Source: Spartobacteria bacterium (GTDB taxonomy: Bacteria; Verrucomicrobiota; Kiritimatiellia; RZYC01). Taken from it: a stretch of 64,000 nucleotides of DNA. The position numbers and the translations under genes are program-made. Positions 19,712 to 29,709 of this stretch are shown one piece after another (within the stretch, counting starts at the first letter, position 1; each line of letters opens with the position of its first letter). The DNA lies in the NCBI GenBank assembly GCA_009929845.1, contig RZZM01000001.1, positions 14,166 to 78,165 on the forward strand, in the 5' to 3' direction. The notes under the pieces are model-generated. The model had not been told where the DNA came from. It did not search any database and worked only from the letters and a program-made list of their open reading frames with translations.

Positions 19712-20891
19712 TGCGCATGTCTCCTCGCCTGTAGATTGTATTACTGTCTTGCATATCATTACCCGCCTTGACCATGGAGGTTCGGCAACCAATACCATAG
19801 TGACCCTCGAAGGGTTAATCAAGCGGGGATTTGGGGTAGAACTGATTTATGGGCGCACGCGTGATGACCCCGCCGCGTTGAAACATACCCTGCTGACGCA
19901 CGATATCCCCTACTTGTACCTGCCCGAGATGATCCGTTCGGTGCATCTGGTCCATGACAGGACGGCCTACCGGGAAATCCTCGCCTACATGCAATCAGTG
20001 CATGTCGATCTGGTGCATACGCACTCATCGAAGGCCGGGGTCCTCGGTCGACTGGCCGCTCGTAAATGCGGGTTGCCGGTGGTGCATACGGCGCATGGGC
20101 ATGTGTTTTACGGCTATTTCAATCCGCTGGTTTCGTGGTTTTTCATTGCCATTGAGCAATGGATGGCCCGGTATACTGATCGGCTGATCTCGTTGACGGA
20201 TCTGGAAACCCGGCAGGGCCTGGCCCGGTTTATCGGACGCAGGGAGCAGTATGTGACCGTTCCAAGCGGGGTGCCGGTTGCGCACTTCCGGGATATTCCC
20301 TCGGAACTGGGGATGGGATTCCGGGTGCAGCACGAGATTCACGACGAGTTTATCTGGCTGTCGGTCGGGCGCCTGACACCGATCAAAGGGCATGATGTCC
20401 TGATCAAGGCCTTTGCGGCCATGCCCCATGAGCGCATGTGCCTGATCCTGGTCGGCGACGGGGAGGAAAAGGCGGCGCTGCAAAAACTCGCCCAGCGGCT
20501 GGGGGTACAGGCGCAGGTGAAATTTATGGGGGGGTGCGAAGATATCCGTCCGGCGCTTTCGGCGGCCAACGCTTTTGTGCTGGCCAGCCGCAACGAGGGG
20601 ATGGGGCGGGTCTTCATCGAGGCCATGGCGGCGGGGCTGCCGGTGATCGGCACGGCCACGGGCGGCGTGCCGGAAGTGGTGGAAGAGGGCGTCACCGGGT
20701 TGCTGGTGAAGCCCGGCCATGTGAACGAACTTGCCGCGGCCATGACTCGACTTTACCAGGACCGTGAACTGCGCCATGCCATGCGGGCGCGAGCGCCGGA
20801 AGCCGTGTACCCGAAGTACGACCAGGAAACCATGATTGACCGCATTGCGCAGGTGTATCGCGATGTGCTGGCGGAAAGGTCCCGTCGATGA
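19671..20891 (+). CDS. Glycosyltransferase family 4 (GT-B, RfaG/PimA-like)
   Basis: The C-terminal half carries the GT4 EX7E region (GMGRVFIEAMAAGLPVIGTATGGVPEVVEEGVTGLL). The N-terminus ITVLHIITRLDHGG is typical. The true start may be the TTG near 19749, which would avoid overlapping the divergent gene. Confidence 0.7.
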   Translation: MVPVDNRVALEPSIAHVSSPVDCITVLHIITRLDHGGSATNTIVTLEGLIKRGFGVELIYGRTRDDPAALKHTLLTHDIPYLYLPEMIRSVHLVHDRTAYREILAYMQSVHVDLVHTHSSKAGVLGRLAARKCGLPVVHTAHGHVFYGYFNPLVSWFFIAIEQWMARYTDRLISLTDLETRQGLARFIGRREQYVTVPSGVPVAHFRDIPSELGMGFRVQHEIHDEFIWLSVGRLTPIKGHDVLIKAFAAMPHERMCLILVGDGEEKAALQKLAQRLGVQAQVKFMGGCEDIRPALSAANAFVLASRNEGMGRVFIEAMAAGLPVIGTATGGVPEVVEEGVTGLLVKPGHVNELAAAMTRLYQDRELRHAMRARAPEAVYPKYDQETMIDRIAQVYRDVLAERSRR

Positions 20892-21589
20892 GGATATGCG
20901 CCATCCATCAGCCGCAGTTCATGCCCTGGCTGGGGTACCTGGACAAGATACGGCGCGCCGATGTGTTTGTTTTTCTCGACAACGTGCAGTTCAAGAAGAA
21001 CGAATTCCAGAACCGCAACAGGATCCTTGTACAGGGCGTGTCGCAATGGCTGACCGTTCCGGTACGTTTCGCGTTTGGCGATACCCTGCGCGAAGTGCGG
21101 CTGCCGGAGGATACGCGCTGGAAGAAGAAGATGTGGCAGACCGTCAGCCAGCACTACACGAAGGCCCCGTTTTTCAAGGAATATGCCGAGGGGTTCCGGG
21201 ACTTTCTGTTTCGGGACTGGCCTGATCTGGCCGCATGCAACCAGGCCTCCGTGGAATGGCTGATGGCCTGTTTCGGGATTGATACCGAGCGGGTGACGTG
21301 TTCGGAACTGCCGTCATTCACTGAGGAACGTACCGGAAGGCTGGTGGAAATATGCCGGCACCTGAACGCGGACACCTACCTGTCGGGCGCGGGCGCCCGT
21401 GAGTACCTGGCGCTGCGCGCCTTCGAGGAGGCCGGGGTGCGGGTGATATTCCAGGCGTTCCGGCATCCGGTGTATCCGCAGCTTTCACCGATAAAAAATG
21501 CGCCTTTCGTGCCTTTTTTATCAGCCCTCGACGCTCTGTTCAATTGCGGCGGCGGTTTTTTAAATTTGTATTCAACAAATCCATCCTGA
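20888..21589 (+). CDS. WbqC-like family protein (uncharacterised, glycan-cluster associated)
   Basis: The N-terminus RICAIHQPQFMPWLGYLDKIRRADVFVFLDNVQF matches the WbqC-like family signature. It has a 4-bp overlap with the upstream GT4. Confidence 0.7.
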   Translation: MRICAIHQPQFMPWLGYLDKIRRADVFVFLDNVQFKKNEFQNRNRILVQGVSQWLTVPVRFAFGDTLREVRLPEDTRWKKKMWQTVSQHYTKAPFFKEYAEGFRDFLFRDWPDLAACNQASVEWLMACFGIDTERVTCSELPSFTEERTGRLVEICRHLNADTYLSGAGAREYLALRAFEEAGVRVIFQAFRHPVYPQLSPIKNAPFVPFLSALDALFNCGGGFLNLYSTNPS

Positions 21590-21633
21590 TGGGTATAATA
21601 CGTAGACAACAAGGTATAGCAGGAGTTTAGCAT

Positions 21634-22239
21634 ATGAAGATCCTGGCGTTGGGCGCGCATCCGGATGACATAGAGTATGGCTGCGGCGGCGCGCTGTTGC
21701 AGGCGGTCGGCAAAGGGCACGCGGTTTATCTGCAGGTCATGACCGACGGGCTGGGTACGGTTGACCGCCGTAGCGAGCAGGAGGCATCCGCTCGGATGCT
21801 GGGGGCCGCGGATTTAATCTGGGGCGGCTTTAAAGATACTGAACTGCCGACCTCCCGCGAGGTGATTACCTCGATCGAGTCCACCCTCCGCAGGGTCGAA
21901 CCGGATATCGTCTTTGTGAACTATTTCCAGGACGCCCACCAGGACCATAAGGCCCTGGCCAGTTGCACCATCACGGCCTGCCGCTACGTCAAACGCGTGT
22001 TTTTCTACCACGATTATACCTCGCTGAATTTTATGCCCGATACCTTTGTGGAAATCGGGGACGAACTGGAACAGAAATCCCGGTTGCTGGCCTGCCATGC
22101 CTCGCAGGTCGGCAAGGACTATCCCACGGGTCTGGACCTGTTGGAAAGCGTGCACGCCCTGGCGGCCTTTTACGGGTTCATGGCCAAAGTGAAATACGCG
22201 GAGGCCTTTCTCCCCCTGCGAAACCTGGTGTCTTTTTAG
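21634..22239 (+). CDS. PIG-L/LmbE family N-acetylglucosaminyl deacetylase
   Basis: ILALGAHPDDIEYGCGG and a downstream HQDH motif. Confidence 0.75.
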   Translation: MKILALGAHPDDIEYGCGGALLQAVGKGHAVYLQVMTDGLGTVDRRSEQEASARMLGAADLIWGGFKDTELPTSREVITSIESTLRRVEPDIVFVNYFQDAHQDHKALASCTITACRYVKRVFFYHDYTSLNFMPDTFVEIGDELEQKSRLLACHASQVGKDYPTGLDLLESVHALAAFYGFMAKVKYAEAFLPLRNLVSF

Positions 22240-23268
22240 ATGATTCCCCATTCCCGCCCCACAGTTAAACAGGATGAGATCGAGGCGGTCATCGCCGCGT
22301 TGCGCGCGGGACATTTGAGCCAGGGGGACGAGGTCCGCTTGCTGGAGTACCAGTTGTCCGCCATGTTCCAGAACAGGCATGTCGCGGTGGTTTCCTCGGG
22401 AACCGCCGCCCTGTACCTGGCGCTGAAGGCGCTGGGGATTACCTCCAGGCAGGAAGTCGTCATTCCCTCCTATACCTGCAACAGCCTCTTTGGCGCGGTT
22501 TCGCTGACGGGCGCCACCAGCGTGTGCGCGGATGTGTCCGCCGGCCAGATCACGCTGGACTGCGCGACGGTTGATGCCGTGCGCTCGTCCGCCACGGGCG
22601 CTGTGATAGCGCCGCATACCTGCGGTTTCGCCTGCGACATCGACGCGCTGGGCGACCTGGGTATTCCGGTGATTGAAGACTGTGCGCAGAGCATCGGCGG
22701 CTACCATCTGGACGGGGCGCCGATGGGGAGCAAAGGCGTTGTCGGCATATTCTCGTTTTACGGCACCAAAGTGCTTCCGGCCGGCGAAGGGGGCGCGGTC
22801 ATTACCCGCAGCGCCGTCATGGCCGAAAAGATACGTCGCTGGCGCGACTGTGACGAGCGGGATCCCGATCCCGCGGGGTTCAATTTCAAGATGAGTGATC
22901 TGTGCGCCGCGCTCGCCCGTGCCCGCCTGGCCCGCCTGGACGAGGCCGTGCGCGAACGCGCCGTCATCGCGAAGAATTATCATCGTCTGCTGGGTGGGCA
23001 CGCGATCTACCAGCCGACAAAACAGCCGGTCTTCTTTCGCTTTCTTGTAAAGTGCAAACATGGTGTCGAAGAGGTCATTGACGCTGCCCGCTCCAACGGG
23101 GTGGTGTGCCGCCGTCCGGTGTGGAACCCGCTGCACCTGCGCCTGGGGGGCGCCTGTCCGAACACAGAACAATGGCATCAGCACGTATTATCGATCCCCC
23201 TGTATCCCGGGTTGACGGACCGGGAACAGCAACTTGTGTGTGACGTGACGGGAGCATTGCTGGCATGA
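22240..23268 (+). CDS. DegT/DnrJ/EryC1/StrS family PLP-dependent sugar aminotransferase
   Basis: IPHSRPTV..., VSSGTAALYLAL, and a FSFYGTKVLPAGEGG lysine region. Confidence 0.8.
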   Translation: MIPHSRPTVKQDEIEAVIAALRAGHLSQGDEVRLLEYQLSAMFQNRHVAVVSSGTAALYLALKALGITSRQEVVIPSYTCNSLFGAVSLTGATSVCADVSAGQITLDCATVDAVRSSATGAVIAPHTCGFACDIDALGDLGIPVIEDCAQSIGGYHLDGAPMGSKGVVGIFSFYGTKVLPAGEGGAVITRSAVMAEKIRRWRDCDERDPDPAGFNFKMSDLCAALARARLARLDEAVRERAVIAKNYHRLLGGHAIYQPTKQPVFFRFLVKCKHGVEEVIDAARSNGVVCRRPVWNPLHLRLGGACPNTEQWHQHVLSIPLYPGLTDREQQLVCDVTGALLA

Positions 23269-24413
23269 TATACCGTAACGCAAGTACACGTGGAGGCGCA
23301 TTTTTTGTGCGTCTGTTACTGGTGGTTGGACTGGTATTGCTGCTGTTCGCCCTGCTGGCGGACGTTTCCGAAAAAACGGGGGCGCTGATTGTGATTTTCG
23401 CGGCATCCTCCTGTACGGTGGCGGTTACAACCCCCTTGATTATTCGCTACGCGAAAAAAATCGGGGCCCTGGACCTTCCGGGCGGCAGGCATTGGCATAC
23501 GGAACCGACACCGCGGTTGGGGGGGCTGTCCATCTGGATGGGTGTGGTGGTGGCCCTGTTGTTGACCAGCATCCACTACATGCCGAATTTGAAAGCGTTA
23601 ATGATCTGTTCGACCCTCATGCTTTTTGTCGGCGCGCTGGATGATGTGCGCGGTGTTTCCGCCGCCGTGCGCCTGTTTGTGCAGGTGGCGGCTTGCGGTA
23701 TACTGATTGCGGATGGTATTCATGTGACCTTCCTGCCGAACACCTGGTGGGGGATCGGCGGGGAGTGGCTGATCACGGTAGTCTGGATTGTCGGCATCAC
23801 CAACGCCATCAATTTCCTGGACGGCATTGACGGGCTGGTGGCGGGCATGGCGGCCGGCACATCGCTCATGTACTTTATCCTTTCCCTGTTGCTGGACGCC
23901 CCCATGATGGCCTATTGTTCCGTGGCCCTGCTGGGGGCCTCCATCGCCTTTCTCGGGTTTAATATGCAACCGGCGCGGATTTTCCTGGGGGACGGCGGCA
24001 GCTCCTTCCTGGGTTTTTTCCTGGCCACCATGAGTATCCAGGGTCATTGGGCTAAAAATGAACCGATGGTCTCGTTCTTTATCCCCATTTTGCTGCTTTC
24101 CGTGCCTATTTACGATATGGTGTTCACCACCGTGGCCCGCATCAGGTCCGGCAAGGTGTATTCGATCAAGACATGGATTGAATACACGGGGAAAGACCAT
24201 TTGCACCACCGGCTATATCAGCTCGGGCTGACCCGGTCCCAGGTCACCGTCAGTATCTGTTTCCTGAACCTGGCCGTCGGATTCGGCGCCATTACCCTCC
24301 TGCAAGCGCGCACATGGGGGGGCGTGGCATTGGTCCTGCAAGCCATCTGCATATATATAATGATTGCCCTGCTTGAAACGCTGGGCCAAAGAAAGGCAAA
24401 TGCAAAGGAATAG
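23265..24413 (+). CDS. Polyprenyl-phosphate HexNAc-1-phosphate transferase (MraY/WecA family)
   Basis: It has 10 or more TM helices and the conserved motifs NAINFLDGIDGL and FLGDGGS. Confidence 0.8.
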   Translation: MIYRNASTRGGAFFVRLLLVVGLVLLLFALLADVSEKTGALIVIFAASSCTVAVTTPLIIRYAKKIGALDLPGGRHWHTEPTPRLGGLSIWMGVVVALLLTSIHYMPNLKALMICSTLMLFVGALDDVRGVSAAVRLFVQVAACGILIADGIHVTFLPNTWWGIGGEWLITVVWIVGITNAINFLDGIDGLVAGMAAGTSLMYFILSLLLDAPMMAYCSVALLGASIAFLGFNMQPARIFLGDGGSSFLGFFLATMSIQGHWAKNEPMVSFFIPILLLSVPIYDMVFTTVARIRSGKVYSIKTWIEYTGKDHLHHRLYQLGLTRSQVTVSICFLNLAVGFGAITLLQARTWGGVALVLQAICIYIMIALLETLGQRKANAKE

Positions 24414-24546
24414 GCATCTTTTCATGTTTGGTATTAACAGAATTAGTCAACTCGATTACTTGTAATCATTTAGAACATAGATTACAATTCATACATATTT
24501 TTTTAATGTTGTTGGTTAGTAAAGCAGAACGAGGTCAACAGGGTAT

Positions 24547-25344
24547 ATGCATATAGACTATTGGAAGTTCAAGAAACTCCCGTTTGAAAACATTCCTGAT
24601 CCGGACTTTTTTTATGAGTCGCGGGCGCATCAGGAGGCGATAACCAGGCTGCTGTTTGCCGTCGAAAGCCACAAAATGCTGGCCCTGCTGACGGGTGACT
24701 ACGGCAGTGGCAAGACGGTCGTCTGCGAAACCGTGATTGACCGCCTGCCGGCCAACTCGCACGCGGTCGCCATGTTGACAAATCCGACCATGGACGCCAC
24801 CGATTTAACCAGGGAAATCATCTCCCAACTCGGCGGCGACTGCCCGGTAAAGGACAAATACGATGTCATGCATGCGTTCAAGGATCTGCTGGAGCGCCAC
24901 GCGGTTGCCGGCCGCCATTGCACCGCCATCATCGACGAGGCGCAACTGATCGCCAACTCGGGCGTAATCGAGGAGTTGCGCCTGCTCCTGAACGTGCAGA
25001 CCAGCAATCGCTCCAGCCTGACCCTCATCCTGGCCGGGCAGACCGAATTGAATGATGTGGTCAAGATCATTCCCCAAATGCGGCAGCGCATCAGCTTGAA
25101 ATACCATATCCAGCACCTGGAAAATGACGAAGTCGGTCCATACATCAAGCACCGCCTCGTGGCGGCGGGTGGCGAGGATACGATCTTCAACGAGTCGGCC
25201 ATTCGTGAGATTGAGCGTTTGAGCAAGGGCAATCCAAGGGAAATAAACGCGCTGGCGGATTTGGCGCTGCTGTTCGGGTCACTGACACAGCAGGCGGAGA
25301 TCGGGGCGGATTTAATAATAGAAGCCGGTAAGGAACGGGCCTGA
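24547..25344 (+). CDS. ExeA/GspA-like AAA ATPase (PEP-CTERM/EPS-locus-type putative secretion ATPase)
   Basis: It has Walker A (TGDYGSGKT) and Walker B (IIDEAQ) motifs and is 265 aa long. It sits at the head of the EPS export block. Confidence 0.7.
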   Translation: MHIDYWKFKKLPFENIPDPDFFYESRAHQEAITRLLFAVESHKMLALLTGDYGSGKTVVCETVIDRLPANSHAVAMLTNPTMDATDLTREIISQLGGDCPVKDKYDVMHAFKDLLERHAVAGRHCTAIIDEAQLIANSGVIEELRLLLNVQTSNRSSLTLILAGQTELNDVVKIIPQMRQRISLKYHIQHLENDEVGPYIKHRLVAAGGEDTIFNESAIREIERLSKGNPREINALADLALLFGSLTQQAEIGADLIIEAGKERA

Positions 25345-25375
25345 TCAACGGGCTACAAGGAGAAAAGCCGCGCAT

Positions 25376-25744
25376 ATGAAAAGAGTCTTAATTATTGAAG
25401 ATGACGAATTGGTGCAGAAACTTATCGCCACGCTGGTCAGGCGGCTGGATGCCGAACCGGTGATTGCCGACAGTCCGGAAACGGTCGAGAACGCCATCGA
25501 GCAGATCGAGACGATGTCCTGCGCCATCGTGGACCTGATTCTACCCTTTGAAACAGGGTGGGATATCATCGACCGCATTCGCAAGGCGGGGGAGGCAGGA
25601 ACGGCTTTGCCGGTGGTTGTCTTTACCGGGGCGCTTATTTCTGAAACGGAACAAAACAGGCTGCTTGAAAAGGTGGAATGTATCCAACGGAAGAATGATT
25701 TCACGATTGACGGGTTTACAGACCTGTTGCGAAAATGGATATAA
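25376..25744 (+). CDS. Single-domain response regulator receiver protein
   Basis: VLIIEDDELV and an acidic pocket (IVDLILP) define a 122-aa REC domain with no output domain. Confidence 0.7.
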   Translation: MKRVLIIEDDELVQKLIATLVRRLDAEPVIADSPETVENAIEQIETMSCAIVDLILPFETGWDIIDRIRKAGEAGTALPVVVFTGALISETEQNRLLEKVECIQRKNDFTIDGFTDLLRKWI

Positions 25745-25776
25745 CGCATACTTTTCGAACAAAGGACATGGTTGCA

Positions 25777-26849
25777 TGAGACTCAGTGATTACATAAAGG
25801 GCGGGCAGAAGCCGAAGGAACCCCCGGCGCCGTCGCCGCATCCCGCGCCCGAACAACCGCCGGGTGAACAGAAGACCGCGCCGCCCGAACGCGAAAAGGA
25901 GGTCTCCGGCCTGCATCAGCCCACGGGCTATGACCTGTTCCAGTCCGGTATCCTCGAGGCCGCCGCGCAGTTGGGTATCTCCACCTCCCGCCCCAAGGAT
26001 ACGGTGACGGAACGTTCCGCCAAATGCCTGGCCATGGTGTTCGAGAAATTTACCGGCGATGAAGATGATTATGAGGCGGTCTGGGCCATGGTGCAGAGCG
26101 TGGCCGCTGAACTGGAAGGTATCAGCCGCGAAGGGAACAGTTTTATCCCGCAATACCTCAACGGCTGGCAGGATGACCGCCTGTTGGTCCATAGTGTCTA
26201 CACGGCGGTGTTCGCCATGGAAATCGCCGTGGCGGTGGAACATGGGCTGGACACCTCCGTAACTGATATCGGGGCCGCCGCGCTGCTCCACGACGCGGGG
26301 TTCCTGCGGATGAAGGACGGGAAAACACGTTTTATCAATGAATTCGACCGGCGCAACGCCGAACACGTCAAGCAATCCGTGCAGATCGCCCGTCAGATCG
26401 GCGCGCCGACGGAGGTTGTGCGTATCATCGAGCAGCATCACGAACGTTGCGATGGCGAGGGGTTCCCCGCCGGCCTGAACAGTGAACAGATCGGACGCAG
26501 CAGCCAGGTGCTGGGCATCGCCAATGTGCTCGAAACCAGCCTTGCCCGCAGCGCCTCAATCAATGATACTGAAAATCGTAGCATTTTTGACGTGCTGGTG
26601 GAGTGGCGCAAGGCCTTCGACCATGATTTGCTCAAGTCCGTCCTTTCACGAAAGGGCTTCTACAGTGTCGGTGAAATGGTCGAGCTCACCAATCGCTCCA
26701 TTTGCCAGGTGGTGCACCTTAACCCCGGCTTCCCGTTGCGTCCGGTGGTCAAGGTCATCGTGGACGGCTCCGGCAACCACCCGGATGTCTCCAAACTCAT
26801 CGACCTGAAAGATGTCGGTGTGCTGGCTATTTCCAGAAAGATTACCTGA
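25777..26849 (+). CDS. HD-GYP-type phosphohydrolase domain protein (variant motif HHERCDGEGFP)
   Basis: It has the HD motif (LLHDAGF) and an HD-GYP signature in which GYP is replaced by GFP. It has a Pro-rich N-terminal region. The start is chosen at MRLSDYIKG. Confidence 0.65.
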
Positions 26850-27709
26850 TGAGGATGAAACCTATGTACAAGGGATTAACACGATGGGTTATTGGCGCGC
26901 TCCTCGGGGCGGGGGCCTGTGCGTTCAGCGGTTGTTCTTCATCGCAGACGCCGGTGGCCGCGGGGCCGCTGTCCGGCGAAGAGAAGCAACAGGAAGCGGC
27001 CCTGGTGGCGCAACAGACCGCCGAGGTCATGGCCACGGTAACGCCCCCCCGGCAAGAACAGCCGGCAGGCAAAAGAAACCTGGTGATCGCCCCCGGCGAC
27101 AGCATACGGATCAGTGTCTGGCTCAGTGACCGCGTCAGCCAGTTGAGCGGTTTTCCCGTGGAGCAGGTGATCCCCGATTCCGGCGAGATATTCCTGCCGC
27201 ACCTGGGCATGATTCAGGCGGCGGGGAAAACCACCACGGCCCTCAAGGCGGACCTGCAGTTCAATTTCGATAAAATCCTCAGCGAGTCGTATATCGCCGT
27301 GACACATGATCGCGAAAAAATCTCCGGCTCGGACAGCCGCACCAGCGTGGAGGTCGGCAATCACTTTATCATCCTCGGACATGTCGCGCGCCCCGGCGTC
27401 TTTCCCCTGTCGCCCGGCTTGCGCCTGCGCGACGGCATTGCCATGGCGGGCGGGTTTCAACGCTACGCGCTCAAAAAGGTCTTCCTCGTGCGCGGCGAAC
27501 GCGACGCCCCGGAAGTGTTGCGCGTCAACCTTGACCAGATCATGCAGGGGGTTGATCTGTCGCAGAATGTCACGCTGGCGGCCAACGACGCCATCTATGT
27601 GCCCCCGAAGAAATTGTGGGAAATCAGCGATTTTATTTCCACCTTGCTCATGCCCATTGTTTCGGTGCGTGACGCGATGTGGGTGATTGATCGCGTAACG
27701 GAAGAATAA
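26849..27709 (+). CDS. Polysaccharide export outer-membrane lipoprotein (Wza/EpsA-like; Poly_export + SLBB domains)
   Basis: It has a lipoprotein signal (LLGAGACAFSGCSS), the PGDSIRISVW motif of Poly_export and a C-terminal SLBB-like region. Confidence 0.75.
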   Translation: MRMKPMYKGLTRWVIGALLGAGACAFSGCSSSQTPVAAGPLSGEEKQQEAALVAQQTAEVMATVTPPRQEQPAGKRNLVIAPGDSIRISVWLSDRVSQLSGFPVEQVIPDSGEIFLPHLGMIQAAGKTTTALKADLQFNFDKILSESYIAVTHDREKISGSDSRTSVEVGNHFIILGHVARPGVFPLSPGLRLRDGIAMAGGFQRYALKKVFLVRGERDAPEVLRVNLDQIMQGVDLSQNVTLAANDAIYVPPKKLWEISDFISTLLMPIVSVRDAMWVIDRVTEE

Positions 27710-27727
27710 CGACAACGGAATAGCATT

Positions 27728-29695
27728 ATGGCCCGTGAAGAATTGGTATTCAGTGATTATCTGCGCGTTGTGCTGCGGCACAAGTGGTATGTCTTCAGCG
27801 CGGTTATCCTAACATTCACCTTAACCTACCTGATTTCCGGACGGGAAGTTCCGGTCTACCAGAGCCGGACCCGGATCAAGGTCCAGCGCGTGATGACCTT
27901 CGCAGATATGTTCGACGAAGTCCTCATGAGTAGCGGGAACCCCATCGAAAACTACCTCTATGAAATCAGCAGCTATGTGGTTATCAGCAGCGCCGCCACC
28001 CACATTTCCTATCCGGAACCGGCGACCCCCGAAGCCATTGCCGCCCTGCACGGTTCTATCCGGGCCCAGAGTATCTCCGGCACGGACCTGATTGATATCT
28101 TCAGCAAGGCGCCCACCCCCGCGGAGGCCAGGGCGCGCGGCGAGGCGGTGGTCTCTTCCTTCATCAAGCACCATGATGAAATGATGCGCAGCAATGCCGA
28201 GGAAATCTATAATTCCATCAAGGAGTCCCGGGATAACCTGCTGCAGCGCCTGGTGGAACGCGACGCCGAGATTTGGAATAAAATGGGCGCGCGGGCGATT
28301 ACCGGCGCGCAGGACGCGAGTGAAATGGGGATGCTTAAAGCAAAGCTCACCGAACTCGAACTCCAGTTGTGGCAGCTTCGCTCCACCGGTAATTATACCG
28401 AGGAGTACCCCGAAATCCAGGCTATCAAAAAACAGATTGAGGTGATCAAGGACCGGATCACCAGCAATGTCGAGCAGGAATACGAACGGCATATTCAACT
28501 GACGGAGTTCGAACAGCAAAAGACCATCTCCGATGAAATGAGCCTCTTTTTTACGCGCAAGCTCGAGGAGGCCAAGATCGCCTCGCAGCGGAAGAGCGAG
28601 GTGATCCATGTCATCGAACCCACCAATCCCGGTACGCCTATCAGCCGGGGAAAGACGCGCACGCTCTTTGCCGGCCTGTTGCTGGGGTTGATTCTCGGTA
28701 TTGTCATCGCGTTCATCGCCGACAGCCTGGATACCTCTATCCGTACGCTGGTGGAAATTGAAGAAACATTCCAATTGTCCGTACTTGGGGTCATTCCGCA
28801 TTTCTCGCCGGATGATATCGATGTGCCGCTGCATACGGACCGTCTGAGCGAGCGGGTGCGTTACTCGCGGCTGGTCATGGGGCTGAGCGCGTTCTGGCGG
28901 GCCCTGGCCCTTTCCTTCAGGTCCAGCCGCCGCCGCAACCTCGGGTCCGCGCGCCGCGCCGAGCTGGTGGTGCCCTTCGCGCCGCGTTCGCCCGCCACCG
29001 AAGGCTACCGGATCCTGCGCACCAATATGCGGTTGGTGATGGAGAAAACCGATTCCAAGATTTTCCTGGTGACCAGTTCCGGCCCGGCCGAGGGCAAAAG
29101 CACTACCATCACCAATCTGGCCATCACCTTCGCCCAGGCCGGTAGTCGGGTCCTCCTGATCGGCGCAAATATGCGCCGCCCCAAAATGCACCGTATCTTT
29201 GGACTTGAGCGCGACCAGGGCCTTTCCAATATCCTGGCGGGCGAAGTGGAGTGGCGCAGTGTCGTGAAGGACTATCGCGACGTGGCCCTTGGCGGCACGG
29301 CGCCGGATGAACTGATTACCGCGCCGGGGATTGACAACCTTTTCTTTATCACCTCCGGCGGCAAAACAGTCCAGCCGGCCGAATGGCTTTCGCTGCCCGC
29401 GTTTAATACCCTGCTCGATGAGGTGCGCGGGGAGTATGATATCGTACTGATTGACGGCACGCCCGTGCTGCCGGTCCCCGACAGCGTTATCATCGCCCAG
29501 TCGGTCGACCAGGTGCTGCTGGTCTACATGGTCGGCGTCGCTTCCCGTGAGTCCATTCGCAGGGCCTCCAATTCCCTGCGTAATGTCGGCGGCAAGATCG
29601 CCGGCCTCATCCTCAATGATGTCCGTTCAAGCTGGGCGGAAGGCGCGGACTTCCGGCACTACCGCGGGTATTACGGCCGCCCGGACCACACGTAG
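27728..29695 (+). CDS. Polysaccharide co-polymerase (Wzz/GumC-like) fused to a BY-kinase (tyrosine autokinase) domain
   Basis: It has an N-terminal TM segment, a long coiled-coil periplasmic region, a second TM, and Walker A (SSGPAEGKST), A' and B (VLIDGTP) motifs. The C-terminal Tyr cluster is RHYRGYYG. Confidence 0.8.
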   Translation: MAREELVFSDYLRVVLRHKWYVFSAVILTFTLTYLISGREVPVYQSRTRIKVQRVMTFADMFDEVLMSSGNPIENYLYEISSYVVISSAATHISYPEPATPEAIAALHGSIRAQSISGTDLIDIFSKAPTPAEARARGEAVVSSFIKHHDEMMRSNAEEIYNSIKESRDNLLQRLVERDAEIWNKMGARAITGAQDASEMGMLKAKLTELELQLWQLRSTGNYTEEYPEIQAIKKQIEVIKDRITSNVEQEYERHIQLTEFEQQKTISDEMSLFFTRKLEEAKIASQRKSEVIHVIEPTNPGTPISRGKTRTLFAGLLLGLILGIVIAFIADSLDTSIRTLVEIEETFQLSVLGVIPHFSPDDIDVPLHTDRLSERVRYSRLVMGLSAFWRALALSFRSSRRRNLGSARRAELVVPFAPRSPATEGYRILRTNMRLVMEKTDSKIFLVTSSGPAEGKSTTITNLAITFAQAGSRVLLIGANMRRPKMHRIFGLERDQGLSNILAGEVEWRSVVKDYRDVALGGTAPDELITAPGIDNLFFITSGGKTVQPAEWLSLPAFNTLLDEVRGEYDIVLIDGTPVLPVPDSVIIAQSVDQVLLVYMVGVASRESIRRASNSLRNVGGKIAGLILNDVRSSWAEGADFRHYRGYYGRPDHT

Positions 29696-29709
29696 GCGGA
29701 GCCGCGGGT

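Noticed and set aside
24440-24546. Possible sigma-54 promoter (TGG...GC) in the AT-rich region upstream of the EPS-block ATPase
   Set aside because: GG-to-GC spacing in TGGTTAGTAAAGCA is 2 nt shorter than the -24/-12 consensus.
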